Shown here piece by piece: positions 51,101 to 58,972 of a stretch of 64,000 bases of DNA; positions within the stretch are counted from its first letter, which is position 1, and the number at the start of each line of letters is the position of its first letter. Location: assembly GCA_963840035.1 (NCBI GenBank), contig CAWIXE010000002.1, positions 864,001-928,000 on the forward strand. The letters are read 5' to 3'. Source of the stretch: a candidate division FCPU426 bacterium (GTDB lineage Bacteria; Oederibacteriota; PGYV01; Palsa-1178). A program made the translations under genes and the position numbers. A model generated the notes under the pieces. It was not told where the DNA came from. It was given only the letters and a program-made list of their open reading frames with translations, and did not search any database.

Positions 51101-51157
51101 GACAAAATCTTCAATAAACAAGATCAGTTTTTTCATTAACATTGTACCCCACAACAA
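48143..51157 (-). CDS. 2TM + P-loop NTPase-like domain + TPR array
   Basis: Two TMs; DTFNAGKT (atypical Walker A), IILLDDID (Walker B), AATCR; over 12 TPR-like repeats. Confidence 0.8.
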   Translation of the reverse strand: MLWGTMLMKKLILFIEDFVTLMSKSIAFIVFNSLSLLALIISIVISFLNRDPASVAIVEFANRHPVIMSSIMVFITLNFIIWLSGFIINKLRLKTMRRIESFALCKNTNELTLADLRFEKVKSGEKKDFKDGTRPFFEKSYIHREFVWDKSDYDPEADEGRKFTEKALRKKLREGGGRGLLMVDTFNAGKTLAMLNILIGLKDYVVISPAAKKPVPDRNAFSFLKNRKVIILLDDIDQLARENYDIISFAKLTGEATGGNYAVAATCRKGANYSLLLESAGNTVVRFCEDYLQKYRLVPMTVSQREELSKKVGLEWDETQERNYPLPGDITQYLQYENMTAQYENLDPHGKRLLQAMKLLDSVGIPQAVVRIQHILENVFGCGSDRVSLEKDLCELEKRYFMLEPLSEGKVKPHPGFLIKIVKYPEDLLSEDDRFEKTAQSMEKSLDQEGLEYLSRYYSHQIDFERSQRLFELILKINPDNAYAHYGLGYNYARSDQIEKALEENSKAIELNPEFADAWNNRCYILGRKGDFPEALTAVENALALRPEFSDAYVNKAIILGLMRRLPDAITALNNALEYDSNNAYAYLRLGMALSQQGYYDTALQAFDKAIVIRRKYDGAYSNKGIVYAKMNDYEKAVAEYDKAILINGKKPSYYHLKSIALVKLSRLKEAISEIDKAIKLNPDFAELYAFRSEIYHELGSGHEEAAKNDWNKAVSLGYQVDFRRFMRAISLARNGKLADAEKEFNTMIYLYPFEAELYVNRAKTVIRTKGRLNDAISDYKKAIDLDPSNIMSYCQLARAYTTDSKHELALDIIKKALELNPAMPDAICEHAAILANLGDFGRALEVIDGAKDVLANNAFAHYTRGYILTKFGKEKRGDALKEYEEAIRLKPNYAEAFKESGFLLGQLYRDNEALKAYSAAIEIRHDYPDALYGKARTLCFIARKNPKISKDSYLSEAMGLLEMAVKLDKKKTVKEIARQNPEIFKQLRESIVYGDRFKALLNV

Positions 51158-51206
51158 TTTTATATGAATAGATTATATCTTTTATGGCTCCCTATCATAA
51201 GTAATT

Positions 51207-51296
51207 GTACCAGACCCCGAGTTAATAAACAACTTTATTAACATTCAACAGCCCCTTCTATTATCAACTATTAACTCGAGGTCTGGTATCATTTTT
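51207..51296. repeat. Inverted pair of the 'empty' form of the 69-bp element
   Basis: gtaccagaccccgagttaata (51207-51227) versus tattaactcgaggtctggtat (51269-51289). Confidence 0.75.
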
Positions 51297-51330
51297 TGTA
51301 TTTGATTAGCCTTTAAATATTTGAACAGAC

Positions 51331-52806
51331 CTACTGACCCTGCCTCTTCAACCACCCCATAACTTCCCACGTAGCTTGCAAATCCTCTTCATTATACACT
51401 AAAATCGTCTTCATAAGTTCTTCCCGTTTTAAAGAATCCTTCGTCTCCATAGCCTTTATGTACTGCGCCATGGACCAAGACCCTCCATACTCTTCCTGCG
51501 ACCGCTTAAATCCCGCCAACTTCTCTAAGACCTTCAAAGAGTAACTCGGCGCAGCCAAAATCACCGATGTCCTTGCCTCCGGGTACAGGTCGAAAAGATT
51601 GGATTTCACCCTCTCCGCTATGGCTATGTCGTCGCCGTATCTTGATAAGTACAAGTCGAGTTTGGTTTTTTCGTAGCTGGAGTAGTGGACGAAAGGTATG
51701 TCTCCGTATTCGTCCAGTATGGCCTTGCTAAGCCGCAGGAACTCCAGCCACCCCTGTTTATCCCCCTCAGAGCCCATAGGAGCCACCGCAGGCGTGTATG
51801 TGGATGGTTTTGCGCCGTATACCTTCAACCCCCACAGATAGACGGTATCTATCTCATCCAGGTAAGGCGGCATGCCTTCGAGGTCGAACATTACGTAGTT
51901 GTTAAAAAAAGGTATCTTGATAGGCTGAACCCACATATGCTCCCCGCTCTTCAAAGCCCGCGCCTGGTCAAATATCCGATAAGCCCGAACCCCCACTTTC
52001 ACCATCTGCTCCCCGCGCGCCTTTTTTAAAGCCTTCAAACTGGATACATCATAGTTATCCAGCAGTTCATCCACAGTATTTATCCCGACATCCCGAAGAG
52101 CGAAAGCCGTACCCTTATCTACATCAGATAGCACAGCCACATTCATCCCATCCATAGCCGCCTTCCAGCACCCATCCCCAAACCCACACCCATTACACCT
52201 GGTCCACCCCACAGGCATATAAGGCTCCGCACCAAGCGTCTTTATATGTAATATTTTCCCCACCTCCGCCTCAGCGCTCCCCCCGCCATCATAACCAAAC
52301 TCCAGCACTGCCCCAGTCCCGCTAACCACCTGCAACCCCGCAGGCAGAGTGCCTGTGGCTTTCTGAAAAAGATACCCATAAAACTGCAACTGCTTCACCA
52401 CTTCCGTATGATGTTCCACTTCATCCACCTTCCGCGCCATCTTGGCATCGCGGATGATGTAGGAGCTGCCTGAGAGGATGAGAAAATCCGGGTTGCCGAA
52501 TATGGAGTGTTTGATACCGCTGATCGTGATTTCAGCCTGAAAGGCGGGCTGATAGATGATAGAAGTTTTAGAAGCCATAAACTTTTTTGTTTGAGTTATC
52601 TTTTCTTCCATAGTCATAGCTGATAAGTCAACATGCGGGCCTATGGATTTCAGGTGGTCGAGTTCGTGGCGTTTGCCTAGGTCGAAGAGGACTTCCTGGT
52701 ATGGGTCGAGGGGTTTTTCGGGGGTTTGGAGGGAGCGGAGGAAGAGGCGCTTCGCGCACTCTTCGGGGATGTATAGGTCGTAAATGTTGGGTGCCGATAT
52801 ATTCAT
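51331..52806 (-). CDS. TM0106 family RecB-like nuclease (PD-(D/E)xK + RNase H-like domain)
   Basis: GNPDFL..RDAK..QLQFY; C...CxxCxxxxxC; FDLEG, HYSSYE, SYSLK, YNEED. Confidence 0.88.
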   Translation of the reverse strand: MNISAPNIYDLYIPEECAKRLFLRSLQTPEKPLDPYQEVLFDLGKRHELDHLKSIGPHVDLSAMTMEEKITQTKKFMASKTSIIYQPAFQAEITISGIKHSIFGNPDFLILSGSSYIIRDAKMARKVDEVEHHTEVVKQLQFYGYLFQKATGTLPAGLQVVSGTGAVLEFGYDGGGSAEAEVGKILHIKTLGAEPYMPVGWTRCNGCGFGDGCWKAAMDGMNVAVLSDVDKGTAFALRDVGINTVDELLDNYDVSSLKALKKARGEQMVKVGVRAYRIFDQARALKSGEHMWVQPIKIPFFNNYVMFDLEGMPPYLDEIDTVYLWGLKVYGAKPSTYTPAVAPMGSEGDKQGWLEFLRLSKAILDEYGDIPFVHYSSYEKTKLDLYLSRYGDDIAIAERVKSNLFDLYPEARTSVILAAPSYSLKVLEKLAGFKRSQEEYGGSWSMAQYIKAMETKDSLKREELMKTILVYNEEDLQATWEVMGWLKRQGQ

Positions 52807-52849
52807 TATGTCTCCTTAAAGTAGATTCATACTTCCGGTCTCTGTAATA

Positions 52850-53938
52850 TTATTTGTACTTGATTCTTGGATGTGGTAACCTACCTTTTGTTATTCGTGA
52901 ATAATATTGCGAATAATTTACAAGTTCCAAATCACGAATTAAAGGCACTTTCCCTTGATCTCTCAACATCTTTGCTTTATCGACTTCAAAACAAAAACTA
53001 AGTCCTAAATCAATACTTAGACACTTTTGCTCAATTCCAACACAACATCCGTTTTCAGTTATTACAGAATAACCACCAAGACTTTTCACCCGTTTACTCT
53101 TTTTTTCTATCAATCTAATATATTCTTCTTTAATATGTCCATTGAAATATATTTGGTTGTTAGCATTTAAAAACTGCAAGACGTTAAGTTGATCAACATC
53201 ATTTTGTTCCTTAATAACCACAATATCAGAATTTTTTTTGCCCACATTGTAAACTTTTGAATCATAAAGCATTATTGCTCTTGTCGGCGAAATCGGCAAA
53301 AACATTTGAAGTCCGGGAGTTTGAAATCCGGCATTGCCCGATGGAGAATTGTAGTTCTCAAGAAATTGATTATACCTAACGACCGGATGATCGGAAGTAA
53401 TAAAACATTTAGGCGTTTTATTGACCAATATCTTTAACTTAAGATCAAATATTTGTACCGCCGAAGTAAGCATAAAATTCATGTAATCTTTTGCCGGTTC
53501 ATCTGAACGCAATTCGTAATCATTACAGAACTGTATATATTGCAATTCAGTAAAACCTAGTAGACCTTTTATATATTTCTTGAAATATTCATCGAGCAAT
53601 CTTTCGTGATCGTTTACAGCTTTTAAAGTACGAGTTGTAAGTGTAAAAATATAGCATAGAAAATAACCATATTCTTCCGTATCGAAACTGATAACAGTAT
53701 TATTTTCAAATTGTTCAATAACTTTGCCAGCTTGACTTTCAAGCTTAGCCAACATTTTCTCAACATGCGAATCTTTACCATAAAAATAATCTTCATAAGC
53801 CTGATTATTCAGATCGGCTTCAGCAATAATTTTATTTGTTTTTTTTATATAAGTTCCAATGTGTGCTTTCCCCGCAGTAACAGCAAACATTCTAAGATGG
53901 GATTTATTAACATAATGCTGTTTTTTATTTTTGGGCAT
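52850..53938 (-). CDS. DUF4238 domain protein
   Basis: KQHYV...L..F, FITSDHPV, FLPISP. Confidence 0.85.
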   Translation of the reverse strand: MPKNKKQHYVNKSHLRMFAVTAGKAHIGTYIKKTNKIIAEADLNNQAYEDYFYGKDSHVEKMLAKLESQAGKVIEQFENNTVISFDTEEYGYFLCYIFTLTTRTLKAVNDHERLLDEYFKKYIKGLLGFTELQYIQFCNDYELRSDEPAKDYMNFMLTSAVQIFDLKLKILVNKTPKCFITSDHPVVRYNQFLENYNSPSGNAGFQTPGLQMFLPISPTRAIMLYDSKVYNVGKKNSDIVVIKEQNDVDQLNVLQFLNANNQIYFNGHIKEEYIRLIEKKSKRVKSLGGYSVITENGCCVGIEQKCLSIDLGLSFCFEVDKAKMLRDQGKVPLIRDLELVNYSQYYSRITKGRLPHPRIKYK

Positions 53939-54295
53939 ACTTTATTTTCCTGATAAGTCTATAATCAAACGTTTTTTTGAAGGAAAAATACACAAAACAA
54001 CAGGTATTATAATCAAAATAAAGGATCTGCTTTTCAACATAAATGTATCCTATCTCTTTGATGCATCTTTTGATTTACCTTTTTTCACGTTTTCGTCATC
54101 ATTTCCTTATATGACATGCTTCTGAGCGTCTTTCAATAACTGCACAAATTTGTATCTGAGCTATTCTTCGCCATTGTACAAAGCTACATTTTGTTATCTT
54201 AATCGTTTATTTTTTTAAAATAGAATCATGAATCAGGATCTGACACATTCTATTCTTCTATTCCCTCCTCTAATTTTAAAATTAATAAAAACCAA

Positions 54296-55216
54296 CTATT
54301 TCATAACGAATTTTGATGGGTCTTTTGGATTTTGACATATTTTACTATTTATATTTAGATATCTATTTAATAAACCAATCAATCTAATTAATTCACTATT
54401 TTCAATAGAATCTAGAGCAAAAAGCTTATAAATTTTTGATCCTAGCGTTGTTATTTTGACCAAAGTTGGATTAATGGTATCAGGACTATTAAATGGATTC
54501 CCTTGATAACCACAGACTACACCGTATTGACAAAGTTCAAATAATTCGGCGTATAACGAGACGACTTCGGAATCAATGACAAAATGACCATCCCGCTGAT
54601 AGCTTAATGCTGAAAAAATACCATTGCCTTCTTCAAGTCGATCTATTAATTTGCTTTTAAACAAAGCAATTAAACAAAATTCGCTGAACGTAAATTCATC
54701 AAACATTTTAATAAAACGATAGACTTCGTTTTGATTGGAAATTGACATGTCATTAGAGATATTGATAAACAATTTTTCAAGCAAAGTATACTTTCTGCTG
54801 TCAGTTGCACGCTTAATTCTGTCATAAAAAATATCAATGATACCAATAGCAGCGCTTTGCTCGCTGAAGATAGGGTTTACTTTTTCATTTTTGTTAGACT
54901 TCATTTGTTTTAAAACTTGTTCATTAAAAGCTGAAATTCTTTCTTTTTCTTGTACATTAATCAATTGCTTGAAATAATTCGTTTTCGCCTCAATCATGCA
55001 CTGAATTAAATCATTACCAAAAATAATTACATTTATCGCAGTTTTCATTTTACTTTCCGGCATAAATTCTAATGCATCTTTAAGTCTTTCTACTAAAAGA
55101 TCAATATTTCGTTTTATAACTCCAACTGAAAGCAATTTTTTTAACAATACAACAAACGCATAACACAAAAGAAGTAAAATATAAGTATCTAAATAATTCG
55201 AATTTATCAAACCCAA
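54296..55216 (-). CDS. Hypothetical protein, last gene of the RM operon (weak Abi-alpha/DUF4393-like resemblance)
   Basis: Low GC, 36 bp after res; N-terminal hydrophobic helix; ITTLG near the C-terminus. Confidence 0.6.
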   Translation of the reverse strand: MGLINSNYLDTYILLLLCYAFVVLLKKLLSVGVIKRNIDLLVERLKDALEFMPESKMKTAINVIIFGNDLIQCMIEAKTNYFKQLINVQEKERISAFNEQVLKQMKSNKNEKVNPIFSEQSAAIGIIDIFYDRIKRATDSRKYTLLEKLFINISNDMSISNQNEVYRFIKMFDEFTFSEFCLIALFKSKLIDRLEEGNGIFSALSYQRDGHFVIDSEVVSLYAELFELCQYGVVCGYQGNPFNSPDTINPTLVKITTLGSKIYKLFALDSIENSELIRLIGLLNRYLNINSKICQNPKDPSKFVMK

Positions 55217-55252
55217 ATATCTCCAGTATAAATTTAATATTATTAAGTGTTG

Positions 55253-58200
55253 TTATCTGTTTATAGTTTCTACAAATTCAGCAATGATAGCAAACTCATT
55301 TTCTTCAGCATTAGGTATAATAATTGATGCATATGCTGGATTTATAGGTTCTAAAATGATCTCTTTGTGTTCCCAAGTCTCATCCGCTTTTTCGACTTTT
55401 TTTCTTGTGTATTTTTTTACAGTATATGTTCCACCTGTTTCAGGATCAGAAATACTATTATGTTGGACTAATACTATTTTACCTTGCCTGCTTCCAATGA
55501 CATTAGATCTAAACAGACAGTAATCTCCGTCGTGAATTCTGGGCTCCATTGAATGACCTAGTACTTTAGAAACAAACATTGTTTTATCTATTGTTTTAGA
55601 AACAATCTTTGTCCATCCTTTGGGTTCAGCAGGTACACTGTTGCCAAATAATCCACAAGCTGCTTCCAATTCATAAACAGGCACAAACTGAGTGTATTGC
55701 AATTCAGCACTTACTTCCGGCAAGATAACAAAATTTTCCTTAGACTCAGTTATATATTCAGTACCAACAATTGAAAAATCACCTTCTCTTTCCATTTGTT
55801 CGATAGTGTACTCTTTCGTGCTTTGGTTTATAGGAGTAAGATTTATTTGATATTCTGGCAGAAGCGTATTCTTGCTTTTTTTCTCTTGCATTTCAAATTT
55901 ACGGATTGTACAACAAGGATCATATTCATTGTCATCAAATTTAACTTTTTTGCTATAGACTAAGCATACTTGATTTTTTATATTTTCTGTATCAAAAGAT
56001 GAATCAAATATTATCCAGTCATTATTAGATTTCAAGGGATAAAGTGCTTCACCTTTAATTTGTATTGCAAAAACAGTTTCTGGGTATTTCTCGGTTTTTT
56101 CTGGAACCGATAGCCACGAATCACTTTTAGCAGTTTTATTTTCTTTAATAAACTTTTTATACGCGTTTATGGGTGAGTACACAGGAATATATTTAACAAA
56201 ACGCAATTCTTCCGGTGCATCCTCCAATAAATACTGCTTGTCATGTTGTTTTTTTAATGATTTTTCAGCTTGACTAATCAATTTTGCAAAATCCCATTTT
56301 TCTCTTTGAGCTATATCCATTTGTTGTGAATAGACCAATGCACTTTTATATCCTGGTATCTGATCCAATCTTTGAAGCAGAACACTTTTTTTAGTATCAG
56401 AAAATATCTCACCTTTTGTTTCAACAACATATATAACATCATTAAAGCCAATAATAAAATCAGGATAATATTTTTTGGATCCATAACTGAAATGTATTTG
56501 TCTTTGATTTCTAATCCAGAATAAATTAGCATTATCTTTTTCTTTATAAAGATAATCATTAACTATGTCTGCTAATTGTTTTTCAGGAAAAGAATCAAAA
56601 CTATTATAATCATATATAGCTTTCTCGTAGCCAAAAAAACTGTAGCCCGAACTAACTAAATTCAATATTTTGGCACTGTCAAACTTCTTCCATTTTTCAT
56701 TATTAATCTGATCTTCTGGAATTTTCATTTCATATTCTCTAAAAGTATTAATTAAATTATAAGCCTCGTCACTTTTGACCTCTCTAAAATCAATACTAAA
56801 ATAATTTTTTTCAATGTGATTTCTATAAAAGTGACTGAACGAATCAACAAATAAATTCATAGCAAGTTTGTCATCCGAATCTGTTAACTTATAGTATTGC
56901 AGTCCAATTCCATTTAATTTTTCTAAATACAAACTAAAAGCATTTTTAGTATACGCAGTGTCTGGTAAACAATGCAAATTTTTCATCGCCCTACCATAAA
57001 CTTGTTTTAATTCTTTATCAGCAAACTTCAAAATACCTATAGTTCCTCCACTTTGTTGCAACTGTTTGTGGAATTCCTTTTCATCTGCAAAAATATCAAC
57101 TTCTAAGAAAAATGTATCCGGTTTATACTTAATAAACTTTTTTATATCCGATTTTTGATCATGAAAACAATTTTCTTCTAAAAAAGAATTCGTAATTGTT
57201 TCAACATCGTTAACAAGCGGTAACAAAGCAATATTTTCTTTAACTTTAAAATCAGCTCGTATATGCGGTATGTATTTTTGATTGAGTAATTCTTTCTTAA
57301 CTTTATTAGTAATGCTTTTTCTCGGTTTGTCAGAACTAATATATTTATCCGTTAAACCGAATTCTTTTTGAATTGCAAGTATCTGTTCTTCGAAATTTTT
57401 CCCTTGATCACAGACGATATGTAACATTTCTGTTTGCTTTAAAATTGAATTTTCTGATTCATCAAATTCCCTAACGTTTTTGCTTAGTCGAACACCTCTG
57501 CCAATAATTTGTTTTACAGAAGTTTTAAAGTCGGAAGCCGTGTCTTTAATTACAGCCATTGTATAAATATTTGGGATATCGATGCCTTCATCTAATCGTT
57601 GCATATATACAACAATTTCTGTATCGTTGTATTTTATTTCTCTAAATTTCTTTTCAGTTTCTTTATCCGACTCGCCATAATAGAATATTGTTGTTTGTGC
57701 AATATGATTAATTTCTTGCCTGAGTTTCGAAATACTAGAATTAAAATCACCTTTGAACATTTGAATTAGCAACTCAGTAATATTTAACTCTTGATCTTTC
57801 AATTTATCCAAAATTATTTCGATATTTTCAATATCTGCAGATAACTCATTAATAATATATTTATATATTTTCTCAGTGAATATTGTATCGTCTTTAACTT
57901 TTATAAACGAGATAGGTTTCAAATTTGCAATTTTGTTATCCATAGCGATCGCTTTCTTCTTCAAAATATGAATTAGAAATAGTGTGATTATTTTGAACTT
58001 TTCCGATTGAGCAATTTCTTCATTTTTTCTTTTCTTTTCTTCAGGCATTAAGGCAACAGCTCTAACGAGTTTTCCATAACCATCTTCCAGGAAATGTTTA
58101 ATATCGTATTTATATACCACGGTTTGATTTCTTTTTTCATCTCCGGAATCATCTTCAATTGCTGTAGCGGTATATTCCAAAACTAGATCCGGGTGAAAAC

Positions 58201-58972
58201 TCATGATGATTTCCTTAGATTTTCTATTCTGCGCATGATGTGCTTCATCCGTTATAATTACAAGTTTCTTATTTTTCAAATATTGTTTAATACTAATATT
58301 ATTCCCGTCTTCATCTTTCCACTTAGCAGATTCCCATGTTTTAGAGGTGTTAGTTGCATTAGTTCCAAATTTTGATATATTAAAAATGAAAACATTAGCG
58401 TCCTTATCTTCATTAAAAAACAGATCTTGCGAATAGTTATCGCCTGTTACTAAATTAAATGTAAACGGAGTGTCATCAGCCCAAACAGAATCATAATTCC
58501 CTATTTGAAAATTTCTTATTGTCTTTTCATAAATATCCGTTGATGCTGGTGTAATAATAAGAAAATTCTTAATATTATATTTTTTATTTAATAGGTATAT
58601 TGCCGCTCCCATAAGCATTGTTTTTCCAGAACCTGTTGCCATTTCGAATCCCAAAAACGGTGACATTTTTTTTGAATCGATATCAACAATTTCCAACAAA
58701 TGATTAATATGTTCAATTATTCGATGATTTGGAATGTTTGTTTTAAAAAACATTTCAGCCTGAGATGTAGCAAATATATAATCCAAAATATACAATGCAT
58801 CTTTTTGATACTGTCTAAGTGGATGTTTTGTGATACCTGTTTCTAGCGTATTAAAAATAGAATATGTATTTTGGGAAAACAATTCCGTTTGTGCATTATT
58901 ATATCCGCCCAAAATTTCCACTAATTTGTCTTTATATCTTTCATAATACGTATACTTATTTTTATTTTTCAT
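55253..58972 (-). CDS. res: Type III restriction endonuclease Res subunit with two C-terminal S24/LexA-like domains
   Basis: MATGSGKT, DEAHH, TAT, EGIDIP, QIIGRGVR, YYPDF..VETKG; then IPVY..GEALYP..TIRK and VPVY..AACG..GHSMEP..TVKK. Confidence 0.88.
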   Translation of the reverse strand: MKNKNKYTYYERYKDKLVEILGGYNNAQTELFSQNTYSIFNTLETGITKHPLRQYQKDALYILDYIFATSQAEMFFKTNIPNHRIIEHINHLLEIVDIDSKKMSPFLGFEMATGSGKTMLMGAAIYLLNKKYNIKNFLIITPASTDIYEKTIRNFQIGNYDSVWADDTPFTFNLVTGDNYSQDLFFNEDKDANVFIFNISKFGTNATNTSKTWESAKWKDEDGNNISIKQYLKNKKLVIITDEAHHAQNRKSKEIIMSFHPDLVLEYTATAIEDDSGDEKRNQTVVYKYDIKHFLEDGYGKLVRAVALMPEEKKRKNEEIAQSEKFKIITLFLIHILKKKAIAMDNKIANLKPISFIKVKDDTIFTEKIYKYIINELSADIENIEIILDKLKDQELNITELLIQMFKGDFNSSISKLRQEINHIAQTTIFYYGESDKETEKKFREIKYNDTEIVVYMQRLDEGIDIPNIYTMAVIKDTASDFKTSVKQIIGRGVRLSKNVREFDESENSILKQTEMLHIVCDQGKNFEEQILAIQKEFGLTDKYISSDKPRKSITNKVKKELLNQKYIPHIRADFKVKENIALLPLVNDVETITNSFLEENCFHDQKSDIKKFIKYKPDTFFLEVDIFADEKEFHKQLQQSGGTIGILKFADKELKQVYGRAMKNLHCLPDTAYTKNAFSLYLEKLNGIGLQYYKLTDSDDKLAMNLFVDSFSHFYRNHIEKNYFSIDFREVKSDEAYNLINTFREYEMKIPEDQINNEKWKKFDSAKILNLVSSGYSFFGYEKAIYDYNSFDSFPEKQLADIVNDYLYKEKDNANLFWIRNQRQIHFSYGSKKYYPDFIIGFNDVIYVVETKGEIFSDTKKSVLLQRLDQIPGYKSALVYSQQMDIAQREKWDFAKLISQAEKSLKKQHDKQYLLEDAPEELRFVKYIPVYSPINAYKKFIKENKTAKSDSWLSVPEKTEKYPETVFAIQIKGEALYPLKSNNDWIIFDSSFDTENIKNQVCLVYSKKVKFDDNEYDPCCTIRKFEMQEKKSKNTLLPEYQINLTPINQSTKEYTIEQMEREGDFSIVGTEYITESKENFVILPEVSAELQYTQFVPVYELEAACGLFGNSVPAEPKGWTKIVSKTIDKTMFVSKVLGHSMEPRIHDGDYCLFRSNVIGSRQGKIVLVQHNSISDPETGGTYTVKKYTRKKVEKADETWEHKEIILEPINPAYASIIIPNAEENEFAIIAEFVETINR

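Noticed and set aside
53940..54220. Short ORFs or decayed gene between DUF4238 and ORF4
   Set aside because: Interrupted by stops, with no recognisable homology.
34500..54300. Classical integron cassette array
   Set aside because: No intI, no RYYYAAC/GTTRRRY-bounded attC sites recognised, and many genes have their own promoters.
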